A stretch of 64,000 nucleotides of DNA from Felis catus. Its lineage: Eukaryota. This document shows positions 11,915-25,290 of the stretch, one piece after another; within the stretch, counting starts at the first letter, position 1; each line of letters starts with the position of its first letter. The stretch covers positions 141,176,001 through 141,240,000 of the forward strand of contig NC_058368.1 of assembly GCF_018350175.1 (NCBI RefSeq), in the 5' to 3' direction. Under the pieces are notes generated by a model. It searched no databases. It saw only the letters and a list, made by a program, of their open reading frames with translations, and was not told the DNA's origin. A program made the translations under genes and the position numbers.

Positions 11915-13240
11915 TATTTTTTTTAGTAGACTTTATTTTTAGAACAGTTTTAGTTTCACAGAAAAAACGAGTCTGAAGTACAGAGATTTCCCATAAAATG
12001 CATAGCTTTCCCCATTACCAGCATCCTGCACCAGAGTAGTGTGTTTGTTACAGTTGATGAACCTGCATTGACATATCATAATCACCCAGAGTTCATAGTT
12101 TACAGTAGTGTTCACTCTTGGTTTTGTACATTAAATGGGTGAAACAAATGTATAATGACGTGTGTCCTCCATTATAACATCATGCAGAATAGTTTCACTG
12201 CCCTCACACTCATCTGTGCTGTCTGTTCGTCATCCCGTCTTCCTTCCAGCCCTTGGCCATCACTCATCTTTTTACTGTCTTGGTAGTTTGGCCATTTTTA
12301 TAATAGCATATAGTTGGAATCATATAGTATGCAGTCTTTTAAGGTTGGTTTCTCTCACTTAGTAATATGCACTTAAGTTTCTAAGTTTCCTCCAGGTCTT
12401 TTCATGGCTTTAGAGCTTTTTTTTTTTTTTTTTTTTTTTTTGCACTGAGTGATATTCCATTGTCTGGATGTACCACAATTTACTGATCCATTCACCAACG
12501 AAAGACATCTTGCTTCCAGGTGTTGGCAATGAATAAAACTGCCACAAAGATCCAGGTGCATATATGTGGACATAAATTTTCACCTCCTTTGGGTAAATAC
12601 CAAGCAGCACAATTGCTGGATCATATAGTAAGAGTATATTTAGTTTGGCAAGAAACCACCAAACTGTCTTCCAAAGGGACTCTTCCATTTTGCATTTTCA
12701 CCAGCAATAAGCGAGAGTTCCTGTTGTCCACATCCTCGCCAGCATTTGATGTTGTCAGGGTTTTGGATTTCAGCATTCTTATAGATGTGTGTATAATTTG
12801 CAAACATTATACATTCTTATAGATGTGTGTATAATTTGTTTTAATTTGCAAAAATGATATGTGCGGCATTTTTTCATGTGCTTATCAACCATCTGCATAT
12901 CTTCTTTGGTGAGTTATCTGCCAAAGTCTTTGGCCCATTTTTTAGTCAGGGTGTTTTCTTATTGTTGAGTTTTAAGAGTTCTTTCTATGTTTTGGGTGAC
13001 AGTCCTTTTGCAAATATTTTCTCCCTGTCTGTGGTTTGTCTTCTCATTCTCTTGGCATTGTCTTTTGCAAAGCAGATGTTTTTAATTTTAATGAAGTCCA
13101 TCCTATCAATTATTTCTTTCATGGGTTATGCCTTTGGTGTTGTGTGTAAAAGTTGCTGTCAAACCCAAGATCATGTAGATTTCCCCCTGTGTTATCTTCT
13201 AGGAGTTTAGTAGCATTGATTTTACATTTAGGTCTATGTC
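11915..13240 (-). mobile_element. Older L1 (L1MA/MB-like) 3' part
   Basis: ORF 12410..12688(-) LWKTVWWFLAKLNILLLYDPAIVLLGIYPKE is a degenerate ORF2p C-terminus; typical L1M 3'UTR on the minus strand. Confidence 0.8.
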
Positions 13241-13799
13241 AATCATTACTCCCTGTCTTATTAGTTTGATCTATAAATCTATACAGTAGTGTTGCCTATT
13301 TTTGAATCCTATGTAAATGAAATCATGTAGCATGTATTATTTTATGTCTAGCTTCTTTTGCTTAGTCTCACATTTCAGAGATGAATCTATCTTACTGTGT
13401 GTTGCATTATTTGTTTTCGTTCTTTTATAGTATTTCATCACATGATTGTATCTCTGTTTATTTTAATGTTAAGGGACATTTGGGATGTTTCCAGTTAGGG
13501 CTATTATAAATAATGTTGCTGTGAACATTCTTTGATGCACATATAGGCACACTCTTGTTGCTTATTTATCTATGAGTAGGTAGGTAGTGTCACTGTATTT
13601 TAAGTTTGTGCCTACCTGTCCCAATTTATGCATAGTCTTCCAGAGTAATGATTGTGCTGTTTTTTTTTTCTCAAAATCATCCCCGTTTGACAATAAATAA
13701 ATGTTTTTTGATGAATAGAAGTTTAGTGTAGTTGACGAAATCTCTACCTACCCCAAGGCCATGAAGGTAGTCTCCTCTATTATCTCTTAGAAGAGTTCT

Positions 13800-14026
13800 T
13801 ATTTATTATTATTATTTTTTTCAACGTTTATTTATTTATTTGGGACAGAGAGAGACAGAGCATGAACGGGGGAGGGGCAGAGAGAGAGGGAGACACAGAA
13901 TCAGAAACAGGCTCCAGGCTCTGAGCCATCAGCCCAGAGCCTGACGCGGGGCTCGAACTCACGGACCGTGAGATCGTGACCTGGCTGAAGTCGGACGCTT
14001 AACCAACTGCGCCACCCAGGCGCCCC
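13800..14026 (-). mobile_element. Young felid SINE inserted at the tail of an older SINE
   Basis: Flanked by tattattattttt on both sides. Confidence 0.88.
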
Positions 14027-14206
14027 TATTATTATTTTTAAGAGAGCGCAAGAGCAGGGGTGAAGGGCAGAGGGAGAGAGAACCTCAAGCAGGCTCCATG
14101 CTCAGCACAGAGCCTGATGTGGGGCTCCCTCCTATGAGTCTGGGATCATGACCTGACCCCAAACCAAGAGTTGGATGGTCACCTGACTGAGCCACCCAGG
14201 CGTCCC
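14027..14206 (-). mobile_element. Older CanSINE
   Basis: aagcaggctccatgctcagcacagagcctga...gccacccaggcgtccc. Confidence 0.85.
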
Positions 14207-14229
14207 GTAAAATAACCTTTTATATTTAT

Positions 14230-15760
14230 TATTTCTGATGCTCTTTATTTATTCCTCAACAGGATTGTTTCCTTCTGTTATGCCCTTAAACCTGAAATGA
14301 CTGTTTTAGCATTTCTTGTACTGCAGGTCTGTGGGCAACGAATTGTCTAGTTTTCCTTTGTCTAGAACTATCTTAACTTCAGAGTTGTCCCTTTTCCACT
14401 GTTTCTGAAGAACGTTCAACATTTGTTGGGACTGTCCCACTGTGCACAGTGTGTAGTTTCCTGTGGCTGCCTTTGTCTTGAACGTTTCCCAGATTGATGA
14501 GAATGTGCCTAGGCGTAGCTTTCCTCATCTCTTTCTTGTTCGTGATTTTGTTGAATTCTTAAATCTGTAAACATAGGTCTTTCTGCAGATTTGGAAATGT
14601 TTCAGCCTATTTTTTCTCTAGTACTTTTATCTCTCATTCTCTCCCTTTCTCCACCCCAGACTCCAATTGACTTTTTATATTGTCCACAGATCCCTAGGTC
14701 TCGATTTTTTTTTTTTTTCAGTATGTTCCTCTCTTCTTCAGACTGGATAATTTCTATGCATCTATTTTCATGTTCATGGATTCTTTCCTCTGTAATGGCC
14801 ATTCTGATATTTATCTCATCTAGGAATACTTATTTTTGGTACTGTATTTTTCAATTGTAAAAATTCTATTTCTTTTTTATATTATCTATTTTTGGCTGAG
14901 GTTTCTTCTTTTTCGTTTGTTATGAGTGTATATTTCTTTACCTCATTGAGCATAATTATAATAGCTTCAAAATCCTTGTCTGGTCATTCCAATATCTGGG
15001 TGATTTTTTTCTTTTTTTTAAGTTAAAAAAATTTTTCATGTTTATTTTTGAGAGAGAGAGAGAGAGAGAGAGAGCATGAGTAGGGGAGGGGCAGAGAGAG
15101 AGGGAGAATCCAAAGGAGGCTCCAGGCTCTGAGCTGTCAGCACAGATATGCAGTGATTTGGGATTGTATCAGGGACATTGTGGTTGATGTGTTGGGAAGA
15201 CTCCAGATTCTTCTGAAGAGTGTTGATTTAGTTGGTTTGTCTTAGCAGGTGATTAAGTTTATTACACACCTACTGTAAATACTATTGTCATCTGAGGTGG
15301 AGGCAATTCAAATATCAGTTAAGCTATTTGATCTTGAGCTGGGCTCCTTGGAATCTGGTTTGGGCATATGTTGTTCAAGTTTCAGCCAGAGATTTGGGCA
15401 GAGTTTAGAATTCTTCTCTGGTTTCCCTCTTTGCTGGAACTCTCCCTTCACTGTCTAGCAACCCCTGTGGCCCCACACTCCATCTTCTGGTTCCTTAGGC
15501 AAGCTTGATGGTGAACTGTCTGTCAGAGGTGGATCCTACCTTGCCCTGCAGTGACTATGGCCTGCCTTCAAGGCAAAACTGAAAAACTGGTAACCTCAAC
15601 AACAGGTGTTGGGCTCTTTCTCTAAGTTGATAGTCCCCTTCCTGAATCTTGCCTGCTTTGTTCACGGTCCAGAGCCCTCAGGTTGTCACTTTTGTCTAGA
15701 GTTTATCACTGTTATCAGTTGAGAGGGTTGGTGATTTAGGAGTTAACGCTTTCTTACTAG
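14230..15760 (-). mobile_element. Ancient L1M ORF1/5' region fragment
   Basis: ORF 14602..14802(-) TEERIHEHENRCIEIIQSEEER resembles the L1 ORF1p coiled coil; boundaries approximate. Confidence 0.6.
15005..15145 (-). mobile_element. CanSINE 3' half (head missing)
   Basis: Poly-T and (GA)n present; stops after gagctgtcagcacaga. Confidence 0.8.
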
Positions 15761-16380
15761 AAGTGGAACCTTAGGTTTGTTTATATTAAATGCAGTTAGC
15801 GATATATTGGCATTTAGTGCTATTATTTTAGTTTGCTTCATTTTCCTCCTGTTCCACACTTCATATTTTTCTTCTCTTGGTTTCTGTTAGTTTATGTACT
15901 TTATTCTGTCTCTCCACTCTAGTACCTTGTTAGTCTGTTTAATGTTCTTTTGTAATGAGTAGAAATTACAAAATTAACTCTCTGTAGTCCAATGTTAATA
16001 CCTCTACCCCTTCCAGACCGTAGAAGGAACTGAGAATAAATTTCCCAACTACTTTTATGTTCTTGTTGTCTTGTATGGTGTTTTATTTATTTATATTTTT
16101 TAAACTGAAGAAGACATTACTATTGTTTTCTACCCTCAGTATTCACTTAGATTTACTCACATGATTACGTTTCCCAGTGATACTCATTATTTTCTGTCTG
16201 TGAGCTTTCACCTTAGATCAATGCTTTTTGATTGAAGATCCCTCTTTAGTCTTTTTGTTAGTGCTACACACGTAATGACAAACTCTGTTTTTGTTTTATT
16301 TATGTTTTATATATATTATAAAATACATATGCTATATATATTTTATTTGTATATTTATAAAAGTTTGATTTTATTATCAT

Positions 16381-16595
16381 TTAAAAAAAATTTTTTTAAC
16401 GTTTATTTATTTTTGAGACAGAGACAGAGCATGAATGGGGGAGGGGCAGAGAGAGAGGGAGACACAGAGGCAGAAGCAGGCTCCAGGCTCTGAGCCATCA
16501 GCCCAGAGCCCGACGCGGGGCTCGAACTCATGAACCGTGAGATCGTGACCTGAGCCGAAGTCGGACGCTCAACCGACTGAGCCACCCAGGCGCCC
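16381..16595 (-). mobile_element. Felid SINE
   Basis: TSD tattatcattt. Confidence 0.9.
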
Positions 16596-16835
16596 GTATT
16601 ATCATTTTTGAAGTATATTGCTGCTGGATATAGAGTTCTAGGCTGGCCTGGAATTTATTTTAGCATTTTGAAGATACCAGGTCATTGTATTCTGCCTCCA
16701 TTATTTCCATCAAGAAGTTAGATGTCAGTGTTAAAATTATTGCTCCTTTAAAACAATGTAGCTTTTTCCTTGGCTATCTTAAAATATTTCTCAGTTTGTA
16801 TTTTGCTCTTAATTATTCTTTAATAATATGAGTAG

Positions 16836-17013
16836 AGGTGCCTGGGTGGCCCAGTCGGTAAAGCATCCGACTTCAGCTCAGGTCCTGATCTCATGGTCTT
16901 TGGGTTTGAGCCCCGCATCAGGCTCTGAGCCTGCATTGGATTCTTTGCCCGTCCCCCACTTATGCTCTGTCTCACTTTCTCAAAAATAAATAAATGTTAA
17001 AAAAAATTAAAAA
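16836..17013 (+). mobile_element. CanSINE with internal deletions
   Basis: TSD aataatat(g/c)agtaga. Confidence 0.85.
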
Positions 17014-18264
17014 TAATATCAGTAGATATTGTTTTGTTTGTGTTTTTTATTCCTGGGGTTTATCTCACTTCTTAAATTTGTGGCTTGATTTATTTTTTCA
17101 GTATTGGAAAATCTCAGCTATTTGCTCTTCAAATATTGTTTCTGCCCCATTCTCTCTTTCTCAGTTGACCAGCAATGACATTACATGTATATGACACCTT
17201 TTCTCTGTGTTCCAGGTATCTTTTAAACTCCTTCCTATGTTTTCTATTCTTTTGTCTCCCTGTACTCTAGTCTAGATCTTTTTTTCCGATGTATATCCCA
17301 GTCCCCCATTTCTCTCTCCTCCCTGTATTTCAGAGCCTTATATACCCACCCAGTTGGTGGCTGTTTTTAATTACTATATTTTTCAGTGTGAAAATTGTCA
17401 TTTGATATCTTTAATAGCTTCTGTCTCTTTGCCAAAATTTTATATCTTGTCTTTTAATTCTTTGAACATATTAACTGTGGTTACTTTAAGGTCTGTGTAT
17501 GCTAACTCCACTATCTGAAACTTCTATTTGTCTAATTGTGTTCCCTTTTTAGTTTTTGGTCAATATTTTTTCTTTTTTCCCATTATAGACTAGTTATTTT
17601 TACTGAATATTGGACAATATATTTGAGCACTCTGAGAGTTTGTGTGATGGCATGTTCTTGCAGACAGAATTTACTATTGCATCTGGCTGGCAGCAGGGCA
17701 AGGGACAGGAGCATTGAGTTTGAGGCAAGTTTGAGAAGCATTGAGGTTAACTCTGGGTTTATGAAACTGATACCCAGAGTAATGGTATCATCTGTCCATG
17801 ATCACACAGCTAGTTAATGTAGGAGTTGGGAAAGAACATAGGCTTTTGATTCCCCAATCAGGTTTTCCCTATTATACCTTGCTGCTCTCAGTTATTATTA
17901 ATAATTTTTTTTATTATTTCTCAGGGACCCAGGCCTGCATCTTAGCCGGTCCAAGAGGAATTTTTTTGTTGTTGGTAGGAAATTTGCCCTTGATTTACCT
18001 AACCATATATGAATGTCAGCTCTTACCTGCTTTCCCTTGCCTCCATCCGTTTCCTTTTATTCTCTGGATTTTTACATTGCCACTTGTATCTTGCCTTTGA
18101 CTAATAAATAAGTCCACACTAAAAGACATGTGTTCTAGTTGAGTGGCCTCAGAGACTGCTTAATTAGTCTTCTTTTTTGTGACTGAGTAAATTATGTCAT
18201 ATTTTGTAAAAGGCTTTAGAAAATGAGTTGTAGAGGAAAATGATAACATGAGACGTTTGAGGAC

Positions 18265-18468
18265 ATTTTTCTTGGGGCGAGAGTGGGCACAAGTGAGCAA
18301 GGGACAGAGAGAAGGAGAGAGGGAGAATACCGCAAGGGGCAGAGAGGAAGAGAGAGAGGGAGGGAGAGAGAAATAGGGCTCACCGGATGCAGGGCTAGAA
18401 CTCACGAACCGTGAGATCATGACCTGAGCAGAAGTCTGCCACTTAACTGACTGAGGCACCCCGCGCCC
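18265..18468 (-). mobile_element. CanSINE variant
   Basis: Head recognisable; TSD ttgagga(c/t)attttt. Confidence 0.8.
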
Positions 18469-20834
18469 CTTGAGGATATTTTTAAACTCATGATTAGCCT
18501 TTTCATTTAAAAATAATTCATAATCTCTTCCAGAATGGCTAGTAAAGGCTATTAACCTTTGTGGTTAGTCTGCCATTTATTTGCTCAAGTATATGGTATG
18601 TATTTATAGATTCTGAAATTATATGCAGTCATGCGTTTGGGATTGGGACTAAAGCTGACCACAGGTAAACCTATTCTAAAATCTTTTCTTTGCAAGGCCT
18701 AAAAATGTGGTGTTCTCTGCTTCTGTTATTAAAGGGAAAGCATTTTGGTGAGTACCGGGAAGAAACAGCAGGGCAGGGTAGAAGTATCACTGGCCTGAAA
18801 ACCTGGAGACTTGGATTGTATCCCAGTGTTACCATCTCACTTGTGTATCATTTCAAGCATACCACATAGCCTCTTAAGCCTTATTGGGCAGTCTGTAAAA
18901 TGAAAGGGTTAAGGGAGACGATCCCTCAGGAGGCTTCCAGCTCCCCAATTCTTGGCAATTATCATTTACCCGGAGGCAATACCTGGAAGACTGTTTTCTA
19001 ACAATACAAGTAAGAATGTAAAGCAATTCCTGATTTTCTGCGACAGTGGGGGAAGTGTTAGGTAAAGTTAGCTAATCCACAAGTGGACATTTGTGTTTTC
19101 ATGTAAGTAAGTCAAATGTTCGGGGACTACATTTTAATGCAATGTAAAGAAAGAGTTTATGCTTTGATGATCCAGCGTATGAAGTTAGTTTATAAGTGTA
19201 AGGCACCTATTAAGTTTCTGGCTCACTGTGGCGCTCAGTAAGGATTTTCCAAAAGAATGAATGAGATACTGTGAAAATAATATCTATCATTTATCAATTG
19301 CCTGAAGTGCCAAGCACTGGAGATCCATCCATGATTAACACAGACTCAGCATCTGCCCTCCAAGGAGCATGTGTTATTGCCCCTTAGTTACACATGGGGA
19401 AAAGGATATCAGATTTGGTGTTACATTGAAAACCTTTTACCAAATAGCAACATTGGCAGCTTTGGTTCTCCAGCATCCTGCATCTTGTGCCAAGGAGCAG
19501 AATAATCTTTGATTTACAAAGGACTTTTTTGGTTTTTTAATGATGTATTAAGCACCCACTCATCAAAAGCTGTCAGTCCTGGTTGTAGCAGATGGAAATG
19601 GGTGTTGGGTGCTGGGATGCACCTGTCACAGCTGATCATTTACTGGTTCTCTATCTGGGGTTGGATGGAGTTGCCATTTGTTTCCTAGGATCCTCCTGCT
19701 TCTGACAGCTAGTGGTTATGGCGGCAGAATTATCACATGATAAACATCATGGTGGATGTATAAACAGAGGAAAGGGGGTGGCAACTGAAACACATTTGAA
19801 AGTTCTAACCATTTATGTTACCGTAGCCCAGGAAGGCATTTGGTGTGGTAAGGAATGCAGAGTCCCTGGGACAGTTTTCCTCCCCTCCAGCAAAGAAAAT
19901 ACTTACTTCCTCAGACCTTCAACAGCATTGGGGATCATTATTGTAAAATCTTTGGAATTTGATGAGCAAAAGTGGAATCTAGTTTTGATTCACGTTTTTG
20001 GATTGCCAGAAAGGCCCAGCATTGTTGCATAATTTTTACAGCCTATTTGTGTGTGTGTTTTGTGAATTGTCTGTCCTTTATTGTCCCATTTTTGATGGGG
20101 ATGCTTGCTTTTTAACAATTATCCTATTAAATTTTGAAGAACTCTAATAAGTATAGCACTTTGTTTTCTATCATATATTACTAATATTTTTTCTCAGTTT
20201 CGTTTGTAATTTTATATTTATTATACTCTTACATATTTATTTTTATTAGCAAAACTCTAACCATCACTTCCTTCATTGTTTATGTCTTTGTTGTTATTTT
20301 CAGCAAGGCCTTCCAGGCCCTTGAATGATACAAGTATTCACCTATATATTTTCTTCAGTGTTCTTATGGGTTTTTTTTTTTTTTCCATTTAAAATTTTAA
20401 GCTCTCTGTGGGTACCTGGGTGGGGTGGCTCAGTTAAGTTCCTTATCTCTGAATCTAAAAAAAACAGTATTTTTGGAAAAGAAGAAATAAGACTGTGGGT
20501 GTTGTCCCATTGGCTTTTGATGTGAGCCCTGTGGAACCATAGGGCCAGGGCACCCTGGGGACATGACTGCTGCTGTGTGCAACCTTGTGTAAACAGGAGA
20601 GGTCACAGGGCTCTTGGGATACTATCTCATGGGTGGCTGTCTTGCTTGCTAACTTGGTAAAAATGTTGAGGTTTTAATTGTGTAGTGTTTGACTTAAGTC
20701 ATACATCTTTAGGCTGTGAATGGTGCTTTTTATGAGTAACTGTTTAGAAATTATTGTTTTTACCAAATAAGTAAAACTTTCTTTTGCAAAAAAGGGGACA
20801 TTTGCATTTTATAGGTGACTTCTCATGAATTACT

Positions 20835-21054
20835 TAAAAAAAATGTTTTTAAGTGTTTATTTATCTTTGAGAGAGAGAGAGAAGCAGAGTGCACATGGTA
20901 GAGGGGCAGAGAGAGAGGGAGACACAGAATCTTAAGCAGGCTCCAGGCTCTGAGCTGTCAGCACAGAGCCCGACATGAGGCTCAAACCCATGAACTGTGG
21001 GATCATGACCTGAGCTGAAGTCAGACACTCAACTGACTGAGCCACCCAGGCGCC
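20835..21054 (-). mobile_element. CanSINE
   Basis: Typical body and head. Confidence 0.88.
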
Positions 21055-22166
21055 GGAAATACTTATTTTTAAATGGGATTTGTTTTTAATTGGGAATCCG
21101 AGCTTGACCCTGTTTCATTAACCCCAGTGTCCATATGATCCGTGGACTCGGGGACTGATGTTTGCAATTTACTTCAGTGTGAGTGGCCCTGACAAACCAG
21201 AGTCAGGAAAATGTATGTGGTTGAACTTTTGGTGCAGTACTAGGTGTAGTGAAAAATACAGAGTTGTTTCAGTGTCACTGGGTCCCTAGCATGACGTTGT
21301 CCTGGAGCCAAGCAGCGGAGACATTTCACTGTTGGTTTTCTAAGACAACTCTAGCTTATCAATGGCAAAATTGAGGACAGAGGCAGTATGGATGATTGAA
21401 ATCCACAGGAAATCTCAAACTCATTTTTAGCAGATGGTTTCTGTTCCCTTGCCATCAAATCTGCTTACCAGAACTGCTGACCATGTAGCAGAATTGACTG
21501 ATTTGAATATCATCCCCCTTCACTTTTTCCTGCCTTCATTTAATGTTCCAGAGAAGGCACAGAGTAGGCTGGAAGAGCATGAGAAACGCTTGGGTTTTTC
21601 CACAATCTGGATAACTGCCTCCTGAATAATTAGAGATGGACTGTGCTTTGTTAGTTCTCTGTTATATAATGTCATTGTGAATGCTTCAAGCCATCCGGCA
21701 GTGTCCATTATCAGTAATATCCCTAATAAAAGGAAGGAAGTTAGTTGAGAGATGTCACGTTTTGCGGTTGCCTGTACATTCCTCTGCTTTCCAAGTCGGA
21801 CTCTGGGTTTGACCTTTGGAATCTGGGAATAGTGTTAAGTTTTTACACACTAAACCCAATGATAGTGTCAGAATTGTTACGTTTGTGAAGGCTGATGCCT
21901 TGGTTCTTGGACTGCATGTATAATGTAAAGCCTTTTGACAAAATCATATCTAAGTATGGTTAGGTTTTTTTTTTTTTCCTCTGAAGCTAATTTTTTGTAA
22001 GGTTTCCTTGTGCTAGCCTCTTTCGGGTACTCACCATTTCATGGATTGTTTACTTGGCCATTTTTCTTCTTTTTATTTTAATGTGTATTTGTTATCAGGT
22101 GGAGTTCTTTTCTCATGGTTGTAGATGAATTTACTACATTGTCTAAATAGTTTCTGTCATCTGATT

Positions 22167-22452
22167 GGGGGTGCCTGGGTGGCTTAGTCGGTTAAGCATC
22201 TGATCTGACTCAACTTCAGCTGCTCAGGTCATGATCTTGTGGTTCATGGGTTTGAGCCCTGAGTGTGTTGGGCTTCATGCTTACAGTGTGGAACCTTCTT
22301 GGGATTCATATTCTCCCTCTCTCCCTCTCTCTCCCCCTCCCTTCCTCCCTCCCTCCCTCTCTTCCCCTCTCTCTGCCCCCCCCCCTGCTCAAACACACAC
22401 TCCCAAAATAAATAAATAAAAATAAACTTGAAAAGTAAATAAATAAATAATA
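22167..22452 (+). mobile_element. CanSINE
   Basis: Perfect TSD tctgtcatctgatt at 22153-22166 and 22453-22466. Confidence 0.88.
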
Positions 22453-22926
22453 TCTGTCATCTGATTTGTGGGGTGTGTGCGGGGGAGAAAATGTCTCCTC
22501 CATTAGACTATGCTGGCCACATTTTGTGTGTTAGTATCTGATGGCATCCAGATATCTTTGGTGTTGACTTTTACCACCTCAGCGCTAACATGAGGATGAC
22601 CTCAGTGGTCTCTGTCCTTTCTTGCTGCAGTGTTTCCCAGGCACAGTATGGTAGATGATCACCTTTTCCACTTGGCTGAGGGAAGCACTGATACTTGGTA
22701 AGAAAGAACAGCCTTGTTAACACCAGTGTCTGGGAAATGGAGAAGAAGTCATGGGTGGCGGGCATTGTAAGACACAGTGCTGGAAAGCCCATCACTGTCT
22801 CATCTTGTATGTGGCAGTGGCTGAGGGCTGCGTCTCTCTCTCTGACAGCTGTGTTGGCGGTGACGTAGGCTGTACGTAAGGATCTCCCCACTTCATTTCT
22901 CAGTGCTCCTTATTTCTCAGCCCGCC

Positions 22927-23048
22927 CTTCCTTCCTTCCTTCCTTCCTTCCTTCCTTCCTTCCTTCCTTCCTTCCTTCCTTCCTTCCTTCCCTCCCTCCT
23001 TCCCTCCTTCCCTCCTTCCCTCCTTCCCTCCTTCCCTCCTTCCCTCCT
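22927..23048. repeat. (CCTT)n/(CCCTCCTT)n microsatellite abutting a SINE
   Basis: Read directly from the sequence. Confidence 0.95.
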
Positions 23049-23167
23049 GTAGGCTTCACACCCAGCACAGAGCCCAAACATGACACTTGAACTCACTTCT
23101 CTGAGATCAAGACCTGAGCTGGGATCAAGAGTCAGAAGCTTAACCGACTGAGCAACTCAGGCGCCCC
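23049..23167 (-). mobile_element. Short older CanSINE
   Basis: gagatcaagacctgagctgggatcaagagtcagaagcttaaccgactgagc...ggcgcccc. Confidence 0.8.
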
Positions 23168-23198
23168 CAGATCTTTCATTTAATTGTAAATCATTTAA

Positions 23199-23238
23199 GT
23201 CTACGGCCATATCACCCTGAACGTGCCCAATCTTGTCT
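23199..23238 (+). pseudogene. 5S rRNA 5' fragment (first ~40 nt), tailless retropseudogene
   Basis: gtctacggccatatcaccctgaacgtgcccaatcttgtct matches the 5S rRNA 5' end GTCTACGGCCATACCACCCTGAACGCGCCCGATCTCGTCT with 4 transitions; 17-bp TSD at 23182-23198 and 23239-23255. Confidence 0.9.
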
Positions 23239-23989
23239 AATTGTAAAACATTTAAAAAGTTTTCTTAGTTTCTTTGCGTATCATCTTAAGACTTTTCTAG
23301 AACAAATCAAAATATAAGTGAATATATAAGTAAGAGCATGGCCTTCTAAGTAAGATGGGTCTGGGCTTAAATCTCAACTCTAGCCCCTTGGATGAGTTCC
23401 TTAACCTTTAGGAAGCTTTAAAGTCTTTAGCAGTTAAAAAGTGGGGTTGCTGTGACTATTACATGAGCGGATGTTTGGGGGGCATTCATCAGCCCCCTCA
23501 TACTGAGTCACAGAGCAGTTCTCTTGAGTGAGGCCCCTGAATCCCAGCCCAGTTTTCTAGGATTTCATTTTACTAAGTGTCAAGGAAATTTTATCTCTAT
23601 TCTGAGGAATTTTAATCATAGTACCTTAGTTTGCCATATGAAGATTTTAGAAGGAAAGAAATAGTATATATAGGCTATTTGTATAGTGGTTACTGCTGTT
23701 AACTCAAAAATAGAAAATAGATTTTTCCAATAAAATATATTATAAATTTATTTTGCAGTATTTAAGATAGACAAACTACAAAATATAATTCTTTAGACAC
23801 CTAGGTAGTCACTCCTAAGCCCCTGGTAGTTCCTTTCCTATCTATATACATTCCCCTTTCTGCCAGCAGGACCACTTGGCCTTAATTGGAAATTTATAAG
23901 CTTTTCTCTGTACTGTTAAAATATGCCTAAACTATATTCAGGATTTTAAATATTTTAAAACTTTAAATGGTGTTCTAAGCTATGTATTT

Positions 23990-24730
23990 TTCTAGATCTT
24001 TTTTTTACTCGAGGTTTGTGAGATTCATCCATTTTGAATGAATAGTTCTTAGAAGAGATATTTTCGTTGTATAATAATTCCATTATATGGATAGTCCTCA
24101 AAATATTTTTTCTGGTGATGCATGCTAATGGATTTTGGATTATGCTGTCTCCAAATTTTATGTTAAAAATTTGCTCCAGATATTCTTGTAAATGCAGGAT
24201 ACCCCCCCAGAGAAACCCACAGAGATCACACAGGAGTTGGATTGTACAACATACACTTCTACATCTTTTTTAGAATATTTATCAAAGTGGCTGGACCAAT
24301 TTACACACCCACCAACAATGTATGAGTTCCTGTGGGTCAGCCTTCTGGCCCATGATACTGTTTGACTTCCTACTTCTCCCATTCTGTTGCTTTTAAAAAA
24401 TGGCTGGGTGTGACATAGGATCTCATTGTAATTTAAGAGTATTTTCCTATTACTAAAATTGAGCATTTTTTCATGCGTATATTTCCTTCTTTGCAAGTTT
24501 CTTTTTCAAATCTTTTGCCCAACTTTCTTTTTGGTTGTCGTTTTTCCCTGATTGTTTTTAGAGGTTTTTGTTATGTTCTGGTTACTAATGCTTGCTTGTT
24601 TCCTGAGTTTTTGATTTTTTATCTTTTGGGCTCTCCCTTTTTCCCTTTTTATTAGTGTTTTTTGATTTTCCTTTAGTTTTTGGTGAATAGAAGTTTTAAA
24701 TTTCAGAGGCAAATCGATCTCTTTGACAGT
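23990..24730 (-). mobile_element. Ancient L1M 3'/ORF2-end fragment
   Basis: Degenerate motif ccaatttacacacccaccaacaatgtatgagttcctgt, typical of old L1 ORF2 ends. Confidence 0.55.
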
Positions 24731-25124
24731 GATATATTTTGATGTGTAGTTATCTGTATGTTTTTGCAATGAAACATCATGCTGGCAAATTAATGTACTG
24801 TTCTAAGAGATCACAAAACAGAGCATTAAAAAAATCACTAGATATGTCACCCACTGTATCCATGACTGTACGTAATCTTCCATATATGTGTTTTATAACA
24901 CAGACATACATTTTTTTTTAAATTTTAATTTAGAGGTCATTGGTTTGGGGAAATCATCACATGTGAAGGATTTGCTCTTGCCTAAGTGATCTTGTGATTT
25001 TGGAGAGGGTGTTTGGGTAGATTTTGGTCCCTCTCACGAGGTAATTACTCAGTTGTTATTTCTTGAATGAATTAACACGTAATTGAGTCTGCTGTTGACA
25101 ACAGACAAGTTTGCTTAGAATAGA

Positions 25125-25290
25125 CCAGTGGTTCTAAACCCTAGCTTAGCACCTGAGATTTTAAAAATGCTGATGCCTGGGACCCATCCTTAGAGATTGT
25201 GATTCTCTTGGTTTGAACTAGGACCCGGACATACATACATTTAATAAACCTCAGGTACTTGTAATGCAAAGCACATGAAAACTTCTAGAT
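25125..25290. mobile_element. hAT-Charlie MER5-like relic
   Basis: ccagtggttctaaacc...aaaaatgctgatgcctgggacccatcc...agagattgtgattc. Confidence 0.5.

Larger units (their letters stand above)
15800..17700 (-). mobile_element. Ancient L1M fragments interrupted by two SINEs
   Basis: T-rich degenerate L1 ORF1-like sequence (ttggaaaatctcagctatttgctcttcaaatattgtttctgccccattctct); boundaries approximate. Confidence 0.5.

Noticed and set aside
20410..20445. Additional SINE copy
   Set aside because: Only ~30 nt of head-like sequence with no body or tail; too little to call.
23199..23238. Functional 5S rRNA gene
   Set aside because: Only ~40 of ~120 nt are present, the internal promoter region is absent and CpGs have decayed.
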